A stretch of DNA of 64,000 nucleotides from a virus (IMGVR_UViG_3300042898_001439:14726-78725), one strand, 5' to 3'; shown: positions 46,629 to 55,888, counted from the stretch's first letter. The notes: generated by a model not told the origin, from the sequence alone. A program made the numbers and translations.

Positions 46629-47492
46629 CTATACAGTCGGATAAGACTTAAACATATCTACGTACTTATGGTATTGTGCTTTACGGTTAACCTCCCAAAG
46701 CTTTTTCATCTCTGCAAAATCGGGGGTATTAACAATAGACAAAGCATTGTTTCTAGAACCTCTAAGACGTTGTTCTACAAGTGTAAGCTTCTGAACTACA
46801 TCTTCACCGTTAATGTACATGTTCTCAAGAATGCGCTGCTTAATTGCATATTCATAGTATTCATTGATCATAGGATGATCCATAACCTGAAGCTCACCGT
46901 TCTCATCTTCAAGAGCTCCTTGGTAGTTTATATAAAGCTTACCCGTCTGAAAGCTGGTATAAATAAACCCGCCACGGATGTCTGCTTGATATTGTGCACT
47001 CCAACGTGTATTAGGACAATCTCCACTTACTGAACTAGAAGGTTTAATTCTTAGTGTCTGTAAACATTCATAAGTAACGGTCTTTGTTTTAAACTTTTGA
47101 ATGAGCTGGTAGTAGTTACCACAATCAGATTGACAAACAGAGGTATTTACCGGACAATCATTAGCATCAAGCTCAACTAAATTTGCATCAAGAATAACAT
47201 CTTCAATATGAGTACCGGATAATACAGGCTCTAACCAAGTAGCTTTACTTGCAAGAAGAGCAAAGTTTAAAGTATAAAAGTCTGACGGTAGTTTTGCTTT
47301 ACCATGCTCAACATCAATAACAACTTCTTTCTGCTGATGAATTCTAAGACCAAGATCATAGTTTACTCTCAAAGCAACTTTAATAAGCTGCTGAGGCTCA
47401 ATCATACCTTCAAGAGCATATGAGCTAAAGTCAACTGTTACATCCTCAAGCAGTTGATCAAATGAACGGTATTTAACTGTGTACTGTGCCAT
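46629..47492 (-). CDS. Tail ring/tubular protein
   Basis: KAKLPSDF, IYTSFQTGKLYINY...DENG...DHP; syntenic position before the muzzle. Confidence 0.72.
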   Translation of the reverse strand: MAQYTVKYRSFDQLLEDVTVDFSSYALEGMIEPQQLIKVALRVNYDLGLRIHQQKEVVIDVEHGKAKLPSDFYTLNFALLASKATWLEPVLSGTHIEDVILDANLVELDANDCPVNTSVCQSDCGNYYQLIQKFKTKTVTYECLQTLRIKPSSSVSGDCPNTRWSAQYQADIRGGFIYTSFQTGKLYINYQGALEDENGELQVMDHPMINEYYEYAIKQRILENMYINGEDVVQKLTLVEQRLRGSRNNALSIVNTPDFAEMKKLWEVNRKAQYHKYVDMFKSYPTV

Positions 47493-48163
47493 TATCTAAG
47501 AACGTTTAATTTATCATCACTCATATCAGCAGGTACGCTAGCTTGAGCAGCCAAGTCTTTCAAGACCATTGCTTCAATCTCAGCAAACAGAAAATCCGGA
47601 ACATTAAAAGGTTGATGATGTCTTGGATCACAATCATCTTTAGGATCACAATTCCACTTAGTGATATCTCCTTCAAATACACCCTCAATCAAAATAGCAT
47701 CCCAATCAATATTAGGCATGTATAGATAACCGTTAAGAAACCAATAGTACTTAGTTGTATTGTACTTAAAAGAACTTGTTTTAGTCATAGACGTAAAAGT
47801 TCCCGGCATAGTAGGTTGCAACTCAATAGAGCCATCAATAGAACTTACAGTTCTAATAACAGGCCCCCAGTAACCCTGCATAAAACTAGGAAGCTTTTCC
47901 TTAGTACGTTTAATTGTAATACCACTCTTTACACCAGAGCAGTGAGCTTCTACCTTGTCTACTTCAATAAGTTCTACAAATGGTAAAGTTTGAAACACAC
48001 TGTTGAACTTCATCAGTTTATTTGTAGAGTCCTGACGACGCATGTATACAGCAGCGTATTTCAAAATAAGACTGTAGATATATCTATCAGTCAGAAAAGG
48101 ATCCTGTTTGGATCCTTTCATCAGGTTTCTAACTCTAGAAACAACTTCTTTAATTGTAGTCAT
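47492..48163 (-). CDS. Tail ring protein
   Basis: KRTKEKLP, YYWFLNGYLY, IEGVFE; position between IHF-like and ring genes. Confidence 0.7.
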   Translation of the reverse strand: MTTIKEVVSRVRNLMKGSKQDPFLTDRYIYSLILKYAAVYMRRQDSTNKLMKFNSVFQTLPFVELIEVDKVEAHCSGVKSGITIKRTKEKLPSFMQGYWGPVIRTVSSIDGSIELQPTMPGTFTSMTKTSSFKYNTTKYYWFLNGYLYMPNIDWDAILIEGVFEGDITKWNCDPKDDCDPRHHQPFNVPDFLFAEIEAMVLKDLAAQASVPADMSDDKLNVLR

Positions 48164-48173
48164 AAGACTTGGT

Positions 48174-48755
48174 TTAATCTATCTGAAACTCATCGTACAT
48201 CTCTAATAGTTCGGGTAATTTTTTTTCATCATAAAACTTATGATTCATTTTCCTATACAAATGTGATATCTTAGAAAGGTTATCAATGACGATATATCTT
48301 TCCCAGTTATCTACATATGCTTTAGAAACTGAACGTTTAAACTGCCTTACAGCACCAAAAGTCCATACCTCTCTATTAGCAAACCTATACTTGGAAGGAT
48401 AGTTAGTGTAGAAGATCTTGCAAATTCTGTTATTGGTGGCCCAGTTCATGTGAGTAATTGATACTCCCATTTCTGCTGATTTGGCCGGATCAGGGTTTTC
48501 ACTTTTTGAAGTGGCTGTTCCAATGAACAAAAACCCTAAACCTTCAGGAAGTTCAACACCTTCCCTCTCATCAATAACCATTTGCCAAAGAACACCGTTG
48601 TAAGTCTCAATAATACTCTTAAGTTTCTTATTGTCTATTTCAGAATACCGTGGGTATTTTGTTTTAAAGTCTTCTAAGAAGCTAATGTTTAAAATATTAT
48701 GTGTTGTCTTTCTATAACGTGGTCCTTTTAAATCTGGTTTTCTATACTTCCTCAT
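48174..48755 (-). CDS. IHF/HU-like protein of the crAss-like tail module
   Basis: Helix then VELPEGLGFLFI and WTF.AVRQFKR; basic; syntenic position. Confidence 0.65.
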   Translation of the reverse strand: MRKYRKPDLKGPRYRKTTHNILNISFLEDFKTKYPRYSEIDNKKLKSIIETYNGVLWQMVIDEREGVELPEGLGFLFIGTATSKSENPDPAKSAEMGVSITHMNWATNNRICKIFYTNYPSKYRFANREVWTFGAVRQFKRSVSKAYVDNWERYIVIDNLSKISHLYRKMNHKFYDEKKLPELLEMYDEFQID

Positions 48756-48759
48756 ATAG

Positions 48760-48779
48760 GTACACTATAATTTACATAA
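48760..48779 (-). promoter_or_regulatory. Putative phage late promoter motif
   Basis: TTATGTAAATTATAGTGTAC directly before the IHF-like gene. Confidence 0.5.
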
Positions 48780-48800
48780 AAAAGCTGGAAGAACCAACCA

Positions 48801-50000
48801 TTAATCTTTACTAATGTGGCAGATTTCTCCAGCTTTACCATCATATTTTTCATGAATGTCCATGATTGCTGATCTCTTGCTACCAACAAACTTATTATGA
48901 TAGTGCCAATAATCAGTTCTAGAAAGACTCGGCATGATCTTTATAGCAAATCCATGAATCTCATTCTCTGAAACAAAGGAGGTTGTTTTCTTCATGTGAT
49001 AGTGACCTGTGTACAATGTTCTATACTTTGTAACTCCCCAATCTTGTGGAAACTCAAACGCATAAACCATAGGGGCATTCTTAGTATTTACATCCCCATG
49101 CTCAAAAGCAAAGAAGTTGTCACCCCAGATAATTACTTTTCTTTCAGAATACTCAACATTAAAAGTGATGGTAGGCAAATCAATAGCTTTAGAAAGAGCA
49201 TGCGCTAAATGGTAAGAGCTTAGTCTATCATGATTACCCGGAACATATACAACTTCAAGATCACTAGTAATAGTTGATAGCTGATAGATTGCCCAAAACA
49301 ATGCCTCAAAAGCTTCACTATATGCCTTTACAGGCGTCATCCCATTATCTACTGGTGTACCGCTAGTAGTTGTACCAGAAAACGTGTCAGCGTTAAGCAA
49401 ATCACCACCAATAACGTAAATTAGTTTGTCAAGCATGTGCATCTTACCAACACGAGTAGTCACGTCAATAATCGCACGTTTAAAATCTAAGACAACCAGT
49501 TCATTTCCTTCTTTACCAAAGTGAATATCTTGCACACTGAATACTCCACAGTAGTTACTTGTAGCAACCGGATTGTCTGGAAAGTTTACAATATGAACAT
49601 CTACTTTCTTAGGTGAAAAGTTCTTTAAAACCTCTGCAAGAAGATCCTGTTCTGTTTGCTTTATTGCAGTAACAAGAGCAGAAACAATCCAGTGATCCTT
49701 TTTTTGTTTGTTCCAATATTGAGAAAGCTTCCACTTAGTGGTATCAATGTTCAATAAAGCAATAATCTCCTCTGGAGTTTTTGGTTCAATGGTAGCAATT
49801 GCTTCCAACTGTTTTGTGTTAGTGTCAAGATTCTCTCTTACTGAAACAATACCTTCCACAAAGGGGTCAGCATATCCTTCTATAAGTTGATTCTTTAATA
49901 CCAGATAGTCTTCAACATCTATTCCGATTCTCTCAGCACAGTTTTTTGCACTTTGTTTCCACTTAAGGGACTGTCGTACTAGATCAATAAGTGAACTCAT
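48801..50000 (-). CDS. Calcineurin-like metallophosphoesterase with N-terminal extension
   Basis: DIHFG, GGDLLN, GNHD, HGD, GHYH. Confidence 0.88.
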   Translation of the reverse strand: MSSLIDLVRQSLKWKQSAKNCAERIGIDVEDYLVLKNQLIEGYADPFVEGIVSVRENLDTNTKQLEAIATIEPKTPEEIIALLNIDTTKWKLSQYWNKQKKDHWIVSALVTAIKQTEQDLLAEVLKNFSPKKVDVHIVNFPDNPVATSNYCGVFSVQDIHFGKEGNELVVLDFKRAIIDVTTRVGKMHMLDKLIYVIGGDLLNADTFSGTTTSGTPVDNGMTPVKAYSEAFEALFWAIYQLSTITSDLEVVYVPGNHDRLSSYHLAHALSKAIDLPTITFNVEYSERKVIIWGDNFFAFEHGDVNTKNAPMVYAFEFPQDWGVTKYRTLYTGHYHMKKTTSFVSENEIHGFAIKIMPSLSRTDYWHYHNKFVGSKRSAIMDIHEKYDGKAGEICHISKD

Positions 50001-50062
50001 AATTAGTTAATTTGGGTTTTGTAAATATAAACAAAAACATATTACTTGAACGTCAACAGATT

Positions 50063-50095
50063 AAAACAGAAAACCCCAGGTTTCCCCGGGGTTCT
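50063..50095 (-). terminator. Intrinsic terminator after the FN3 cluster
   Basis: AACCCCGGG-GAAA-CCTGGGGTT then TTCTGTTTT. Confidence 0.8.
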
Positions 50096-50140
50096 CCTTA
50101 TTGCCAGCAACGTAAAACCAACAAACCGCGTGACAATATA

Positions 50141-50662
50141 TTATACCGTTGCAGGAGTCATAACCTTGAAAATCAAGGAATTACAAGCAGTGGCTCCTGA
50201 AACATCTTTATTGATAACTCTAAAATGATATGCAGTATTTGGAACCAAGTTGATAAACTTGGTCTTAACTACAGTAAGATCAACACCGTTAGGTTGAGTC
50301 CATGTAGGTGATGAGGCAAGCTTAATTTGAGGAGTATACTTATTACCTGTATTACCAGGATTAACCCACTCAAATTCAATCTCTGTATCCTTTATAGTCA
50401 AAACTGCAACATCAATAACTGACATTACAGGGTTTGTCGGTTGAACACATGTAGGGTACAATTCATAAAGAACCATGCGTCTAACAATAGTGCTAAGACG
50501 TTCACCAACTTTTACAGGAATATCTACAATCTCTAAGCCTTTATACTTAGAGCAATCCATAGAAAGAACCTCATCACAAGGTTCTCCCCCAATACAGTCA
50601 TTGTAAGCACCTGGCAGATTTAGTGCCTGGTCGTTACAATCATTACATCCTTTACAAGCCAT
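50141..50662 (-). CDS. Cys-rich anchor plus complete FN3 domain (virion fibre/decoration)
   Basis: CDEVLSMDC..Y.G segment like the 407-aa protein; FN3 signature EFEW...NLVPNTAYHFRV. Confidence 0.7.
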   Translation of the reverse strand: MACKGCNDCNDQALNLPGAYNDCIGGEPCDEVLSMDCSKYKGLEIVDIPVKVGERLSTIVRRMVLYELYPTCVQPTNPVMSVIDVAVLTIKDTEIEFEWVNPGNTGNKYTPQIKLASSPTWTQPNGVDLTVVKTKFINLVPNTAYHFRVINKDVSGATACNSLIFKVMTPATV

Positions 50663-50682
50663 ACTAGTAAATATTAATTAGG

Positions 50683-51492
50683 TTATAGCGGGTTAGCCGT
50701 AAAATTATATGTAATTGTGATATTACTACTTCCCATAGTAAAGGTTTCAGAATCCGTAGCCGGAGACAAATTACTTGTTCTGTTAATGCTAGGAACAGTT
50801 TGACCTACTACACCAGCAACAAAAGCTGTTGAACCATATTCTGCACAACCAGATCCGGCTACAAAAAGGGCTTGACCTGAATAAGTTACAGTATCACCAA
50901 CAGCCACAGTAATTATATCCTGTGAGTCGTTTCCGGTACCTAAAGCAGAGTAAGAAGAAATAGTAGTACCGTTTACAGAAATAGTTCCTGTACCTCTAGA
51001 ACAAGGAACACTATTGTAATTAATGGTAATTGTTCTTGTTTCAGAGCTACAAGGTATTGCTGAAGCAGTCCAATAAACTAAACCACTTGCCTCTTCAGGT
51101 GAAGGAGAAACACAAGGAGTTTGTGCAACTTGAATAACACCCGTTTGTGATGCAGCATCCCCAGACTCTACAGGTACAGTTCTAGAACAAACAAAAAATG
51201 TCATATATGGACTTATGTCAGTTTGTTGTGAAATCCCCGTTATACAATCGGTAAACGTTAAAATACCATCATCTGCTCCACTATTGTTAATCTCATATCT
51301 ATTACAGGGAACACCCTCAACACAAATAGCTTCTACGGTACCTTCATAAGAAGAGCCGCAGGGAACTGTTATGGTTTTAGGTGACGTTGTAGTAAAAGTA
51401 CTGGTGTAGGCAGTTGTACCAACTACACGATAATTAATTCTGTACTTTACAGCGTTTACCGAGGTATTAAAAGCTATACTTAATGTTGCCAT
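50683..51492 (-). CDS. FN3-like/Ig-like beta protein (269 aa)
   Basis: MATLSIAF...KYRINYR...SYEGTVEAIC, followed by further Cys-containing beta domains. Confidence 0.65.
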   Translation of the reverse strand: MATLSIAFNTSVNAVKYRINYRVVGTTAYTSTFTTTSPKTITVPCGSSYEGTVEAICVEGVPCNRYEINNSGADDGILTFTDCITGISQQTDISPYMTFFVCSRTVPVESGDAASQTGVIQVAQTPCVSPSPEEASGLVYWTASAIPCSSETRTITINYNSVPCSRGTGTISVNGTTISSYSALGTGNDSQDIITVAVGDTVTYSGQALFVAGSGCAEYGSTAFVAGVVGQTVPSINRTSNLSPATDSETFTMGSSNITITYNFTANPL

Positions 51493-51495
51493 CTC

Positions 51496-52719
51496 TTAAG
51501 ATATTGTTGCAGTTATACCTGTTGGAAGAGCACATGCACCAGCAGGGTTTTCAACAGTCACAGTTTTAGACTTCTCACAAGTAATGTTACCATCTGTTAC
51601 ACAGAAAGTAACTGTTACAGTGTAGTCCACGTAAACGTTCAAGCCAGAAGAAGCAAGGCTAATCTGTGCAGTACCGGTACCAGCAAGAGCATCAAGAACT
51701 TGAACCCTTGTACTATAAGTACCACCCATACCATCTGTAATGGTTACAAGTGCACCACTAGCATTACACTCATCAAATCCAACAGGAGCAGAGCTTCCAT
51801 TAAAGTTGAGAGTAAGGGTGCTTACATTAAGAGTTCCTACAAAATTGAAAAGAACATCATCACAAGTAGTATTGCAGCAGGTAGTTTGAATTGTCTTAAC
51901 AGCGGCTCTAATATCACAAATAGTCAACCACATGTTTGTCAGTGACTGTGAAAGAGTAGTAGGGTTAGAGTTCCAACCCTCAAGAGTAGACATTGTACCA
52001 GATCCAGACAACCTGTTGTCTACGTTTAGACCAGGACACTGATAAGTAGTAGAAGCAAGAAGCTGAGTTGAGGTTCCTGTTACTGTTCTTAAATTACAAA
52101 ACTGCTCTTCCAAAGCTTCTACAACATCATCAATGTCAGTAAGTACAGCAGGAAGAACACAGTTAGGTGTTACTTTAGGAATTGTAGATCCAGCAGAGGT
52201 AGCGTTTTCAAGAGTGGTAATTCTAGTATTATGACTAACCAACGTTGAGTTGATAGTAGTAATATTTGATAGAAGCGTACAAACTCTAGCAGCTACAAGC
52301 TCAGCGTAATCGTCAATAGGAAGTACGGTAACCAAATCATTCTGCTGGTTGGTGTACTGTAAGCAAACCGGAAGAGTGGCTGTAATAGTAGATGAAGATC
52401 CTCCAGATCCACCACCACCTTCAAGGGCAGTACATCTACCACCTAAAGAGCAGATCTCATCAATAATGAGTTGCTGCAATTCAGAAAAATCAGCAGGAAC
52501 GTCTTGAGAATTAAGATTCAAGCAAGACAGATCAAGATTAGTAAGACTTGTCTGATCAAGAACTGTACATAGTTCAGTGGCAAGTTTTGCTACCACATCG
52601 GATATAGTATCCCCAGTGCAAATATTTATGCAGGGAATATCCGGACCTTGCCAAACGACACAGTTTGAAGAGATCGGATTACAGCCGTTGGTAATTGTAT
52701 TTGACGATACTGGAATCAT
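51496..52719 (-). CDS. Cys-rich coiled-coil fibre protein (407 aa)
   Basis: CNPISSNCVVWQGPDIPC, repeated helix-Cys units, heptads (HNTRITTLEN), C-terminal beta domain ending CALPTGITATIS. Confidence 0.7.
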   Translation of the reverse strand: MIPVSSNTITNGCNPISSNCVVWQGPDIPCINICTGDTISDVVAKLATELCTVLDQTSLTNLDLSCLNLNSQDVPADFSELQQLIIDEICSLGGRCTALEGGGGSGGSSSTITATLPVCLQYTNQQNDLVTVLPIDDYAELVAARVCTLLSNITTINSTLVSHNTRITTLENATSAGSTIPKVTPNCVLPAVLTDIDDVVEALEEQFCNLRTVTGTSTQLLASTTYQCPGLNVDNRLSGSGTMSTLEGWNSNPTTLSQSLTNMWLTICDIRAAVKTIQTTCCNTTCDDVLFNFVGTLNVSTLTLNFNGSSAPVGFDECNASGALVTITDGMGGTYSTRVQVLDALAGTGTAQISLASSGLNVYVDYTVTVTFCVTDGNITCEKSKTVTVENPAGACALPTGITATIS

Positions 52720-52765
52720 TTGACAAGAAAATAAGTTATGAGTGGCTCCAGCAGAGTATTATACT

Positions 52766-52785
52766 CTACACTAAAATATACGAAA
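52766..52785 (-). promoter_or_regulatory. Putative phage late promoter motif
   Basis: TTTCGTATATTTTAGTGTAG, flanked by short inverted repeats GAAATACT/AGTATTTC and AGAGTA/TACTCT. Confidence 0.55.
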
Positions 52786-52812
52786 TACTTTCCAGTATTT
52801 CAAATGTTAGTC

Positions 52813-53820
52813 TCAGAGATTAAAGAATTTAAAATTTGCATTAGGCTGATCATTAAAATTATTAATATGAGAATCAATAATACTATATACAGCATAATTA
52901 TTATTAATAACAAAGGAAACATAGCTTAAATTAAATCCAAGCATTGTCTGCCCACCTGCAGTAATATCAAGATTACTATTCCTTTGTGCTTGATAGATAT
53001 ATATATGACACTTATAATCAGACATTGAAACTGCAACATAAAGATTTGTTGAGTTTAGTGCATTTAAATCTGCAGTCTGATCAGTAGTAGTACCAAAAAT
53101 ATATTTTCCTAATCTAAGCTGAGTATGATTTTTAAGAGTATAAGTTCCAGAACTAAGAACGACTTGGTTAAATATATTACCTGAACCATTACCAAAATGT
53201 GCAGCAACATTATCTATTATTGAATTACCAAATCTAATTTTTCTAGTTACATTACCTCTATTATTATACTGTATACCACCAAGCCCAGAAGGACTTGCTG
53301 GTAAATATTGAGCAATATTACCTTGGTTACTTAAATAAGAAACATCACCATATTGAGCAAAAACACCAACAGGTTGGACCGTTTCACCACACTTATGACA
53401 AACTACCCTAATCTTTCCAGCAGGTGATGTTACAGTTTTAAGTGCAGTTAAACCGCGTATATCAGCATGATGATCATAATAGTTAAAACTTGTTATAAGC
53501 CCAGCATTTGTACTCCATAACCCGAAAACAGTTTCATCTGGATAAGGGTGAGTAGGTGTTGCACAATTATTACTATACGCAAATTTTATTGCACTGGGCG
53601 TTGGAGCACTTTCGGCATCACAATATGTTAATACTCTATAATAATATAATGTTTGCGGATTATCAACAACTGTAGTATCATCATATGAATTTACTGTTGG
53701 CCCTAAACCTGAAACTAAAGTTGTCCAAGGTCCTGTTGAAACTAACGCTCTTTCAACTGATTGAGTCAGAGCATTAGGACTTGGTGTCCATTGAATAGTT
53801 ATTTTAGATGATATTGACAT
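52813..53820 (-). CDS. FN3 domain plus unique C-terminal domain (335 aa)
   Basis: ITIQWTP...SYDDTT...YYYRVLTYC. Confidence 0.7.
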   Translation of the reverse strand: MSISSKITIQWTPSPNALTQSVERALVSTGPWTTLVSGLGPTVNSYDDTTVVDNPQTLYYYRVLTYCDAESAPTPSAIKFAYSNNCATPTHPYPDETVFGLWSTNAGLITSFNYYDHHADIRGLTALKTVTSPAGKIRVVCHKCGETVQPVGVFAQYGDVSYLSNQGNIAQYLPASPSGLGGIQYNNRGNVTRKIRFGNSIIDNVAAHFGNGSGNIFNQVVLSSGTYTLKNHTQLRLGKYIFGTTTDQTADLNALNSTNLYVAVSMSDYKCHIYIYQAQRNSNLDITAGGQTMLGFNLSYVSFVINNNYAVYSIIDSHINNFNDQPNANFKFFNL

Positions 53821-53829
53821 ATTAATTTA

Positions 53830-54141
53830 CTATGTTAGAGGATAATTAAAGTCAACTGTAAACGAACTTGTTGCAGATACTCCAGAAGCAGGTGCACAAG
53901 GAGCCGGAGTTGTAACAGTTGCAACATTACTAGGAGTTGGTCCTCCAATAGTACAAATAGAATCTATTCTATAATAGTACGTAGTATTATCCAATACGGT
54001 AGTATCAGAATAAGTATTTGCAGTAGGTGATAAACCTGAAGCTAATAAAGACAAAGAGCCAGAAGTAATTCCTCTATATACTCTTTGCTCTATAACGTTA
54101 GCTCCTGTAGGCGCTGCCCAAGTAAGGTTTATAGTTGCCAT
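53830..54141 (-). CDS. Single FN3 domain protein (103 aa)
   Basis: INLTW...RVYR...TYSDTT...TTYYYRIDSIC. Confidence 0.8.
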   Translation of the reverse strand: MATINLTWAAPTGANVIEQRVYRGITSGSLSLLASGLSPTANTYSDTTVLDNTTYYYRIDSICTIGGPTPSNVATVTTPAPCAPASGVSATSSFTVDFNYPLT

Positions 54142-54147
54142 AATTTA

Positions 54148-54717
54148 TTACGCTACTACTGCAGTAAGATTAAGAGGTGCACCACACGCGGGAGCAGTTC
54201 CAACTGAACCATTGTAAGAACAAAACTTAATAAACGTACCATCCGTAAGCCCAATCTTTACAACGTATGATGTAGAGTATGTTAAAGAAGTAAACGTGTA
54301 AGTTCCCGCACCTTGACCTGAGCCAGAAATATCAAACGGTCCTTGTACACTAGTAGTACCGTTTGAGGCAAAAAGTTCAATTGAATCATACGAAACATCT
54401 CCACTAAGAGTGGGGTAGCTTACCAACAAAGTATTTGCAGCACCCGTCTGTGGGTTAGTAACGGTTACAGTCGGACATATAATCTTACTTGCTTGTGTAA
54501 CACCAGAGCTTGTAGGTCCACCAACTGAACACACATTAAGAATCCTGTAGTCGTATAAAACGTTATCAGCCGCTGTAGTATCAACGTAAGTAGCAATACT
54601 AGGCCCAACTGTAGCAATAGTAACCCAGGTCGGGCTACTTGCTAGTTTTCTTTGAACCTGTTGTCCGGTACTAGTGGCATTATTGGTTGGTGTCCAAGTA
54701 AGTGTAACTGTTGCCAT
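54148..54717 (-). CDS. Tandem FN3 domain protein (189 aa)
   Basis: VTLTW...TYVDTT...YDYRILNVC; second domain YTFTSLTYSTSYVVKI; ends CGAPLNLTAVVA. Confidence 0.8.
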   Translation of the reverse strand: MATVTLTWTPTNNATSTGQQVQRKLASSPTWVTIATVGPSIATYVDTTAADNVLYDYRILNVCSVGGPTSSGVTQASKIICPTVTVTNPQTGAANTLLVSYPTLSGDVSYDSIELFASNGTTSVQGPFDISGSGQGAGTYTFTSLTYSTSYVVKIGLTDGTFIKFCSYNGSVGTAPACGAPLNLTAVVA

Positions 54718-54739
54718 TGTAGAATAAAGTTATAGTGGT

Positions 54740-54759
54740 GTACATTATAATATACTAAA
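54740..54759 (-). promoter_or_regulatory. Putative phage late promoter motif heading the FN3 cluster
   Basis: TTTAGTATATTATAATGTAC, just downstream of a terminator. Confidence 0.55.
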
Positions 54760-54767
54760 TATTCTAC

Positions 54768-54795
54768 AAAAGAAAAAGCCCCATCTCTGGAGCTC
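54768..54795 (-). terminator. Intrinsic terminator
   Basis: AGCTCCA-GAGA-TGGGGCT then TTTTCTTTT. Confidence 0.8.
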
Positions 54796-54822
54796 AATCT
54801 TATTTATGTAAGTTTCCGTAAG

Positions 54823-55122
54823 TTATTCAGAACGAACTACAGTAAGTTCTGGTTGTTCTGCTTGCTCCTCTTTAACGGGTGCATCTTCGTAAGTACCGTC
54901 TTGCAGGTTTACTACGATGTCACCGTACTTCTCCTTCAGCTCATTCATAGCAGCTTGAAGTTCAGCATTAGAGTTACGCATTGTTTGAAGAAGATCAGAG
55001 CAAACTTGCTCCATTTCATGCTTCTGTACAGATGCACGGAAAAATTCACCCTCTGTATTACGTACAGTGGTTACCAGACCTTGTACTTTTTCAAGTTCTG
55101 TTTGTTCTAGTTGATTAGCCAT
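54823..55122 (-). CDS. Small coiled-coil protein (possible fibre chaperone)
   Basis: Heptad helix ending LKEKYGDIVVNLQDGTYE. Confidence 0.65.
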   Translation of the reverse strand: MANQLEQTELEKVQGLVTTVRNTEGEFFRASVQKHEMEQVCSDLLQTMRNSNAELQAAMNELKEKYGDIVVNLQDGTYEDAPVKEEQAEQPELTVVRSE

Positions 55123-55148
55123 ATGATAAAAAAATTAGTTAACTGAGA

Positions 55149-55156
55149 CAAAGATA
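55149..55156 (-). promoter_or_regulatory. Bacteroidota primary-sigma -7 element TATCTTTG
   Basis: Exact TAnnTTTG match in a 39-bp intergenic gap, 26 nt before the 55122 start; no clear -33 TTTG. Confidence 0.5.
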
Positions 55157-55161
55157 TATAA

Positions 55162-55413
55162 TTATTTTGAAACTTTTACCTGTGGTGTAGTAGTTTTTTT
55201 AGCTGTATTAGGTTTACGTCCTTTACGGGGAGCACCTTGAACAGCTTCTACTACATCTACAGCTTGTTTTCTTACTTCTTTAACGGCTTGAACTAAATCA
55301 GAAGTTTCCTCCTTAACTCTTTCAATACGTACTTCAACAGTTTTTACTGTCTCAATAATCTTTTCGTCAATAGTTGTTTTACCCAGGATCCAATTCCAGA
55401 ATTTCTTTAACAT
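55162..55413 (-). CDS. Small helical protein with basic tail
   Basis: ATG at 55413 (MLKKFWNWILG...) preferred over 55443; amphipathic N-terminus, coiled coil, RKGRKP tail. Confidence 0.65.
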   Translation of the reverse strand: MLKKFWNWILGKTTIDEKIIETVKTVEVRIERVKEETSDLVQAVKEVRKQAVDVVEAVQGAPRKGRKPNTAKKTTTPQVKVSK

Positions 55414-55436
55414 GATATTTGGTTTTAATGTTTTGT

Positions 55437-55826
55437 TTAGCAATCTACTGCATCTTCATATCCAGCCTGTGCCTTAAGATGAGAATATGCTTGTACAATA
55501 ATGTCAGCAGCTTCTGCATCAACAACAGCTTCAAAATGAAAATGAGTACGATAAATAGGTTCAGAGTGATTCTCACGAGTCTCTTCAGAAGCGTAAGTTG
55601 CTACTTCAAAGTTGCAAAAGTTCTTCTTTACCCAAGTCTCCACAGGAGGTGTAGCCATAGGCGGTGTGCTAGGAATTGGATTACCATCCTCATCTACAGC
55701 AGGTTCCGCCGGAGCAGGGTAAATAAAAGTCTTTTGATCATTAGACTCATAAGTCAAACGAGCAATTTTGTGATAAGCTTCGGAAAAAGTCATTCCGAAC
55801 TTATCTACGGTTGCGGTAACAGCCAT
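55437..55826 (-). CDS. Tail-fibre-associated small protein (129 aa)
   Basis: EAYHKI...YASEETR...QAYSHLK...DAVDC pattern; Pro-rich insert. Confidence 0.65.
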   Translation of the reverse strand: MAVTATVDKFGMTFSEAYHKIARLTYESNDQKTFIYPAPAEPAVDEDGNPIPSTPPMATPPVETWVKKNFCNFEVATYASEETRENHSEPIYRTHFHFEAVVDAEAADIIVQAYSHLKAQAGYEDAVDC

Positions 55827-55856
55827 TGTTAAAACGTTTTAATTGTTAATTGTAAT

Positions 55857-55875
55857 TACAGTACTAATATACAAC
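55857..55875 (-). promoter_or_regulatory. Variant putative late promoter motif
   Basis: GTTGTATATTAGTACTGTA. Confidence 0.4.
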
Positions 55876-55888
55876 ATATTCAAGTTGT

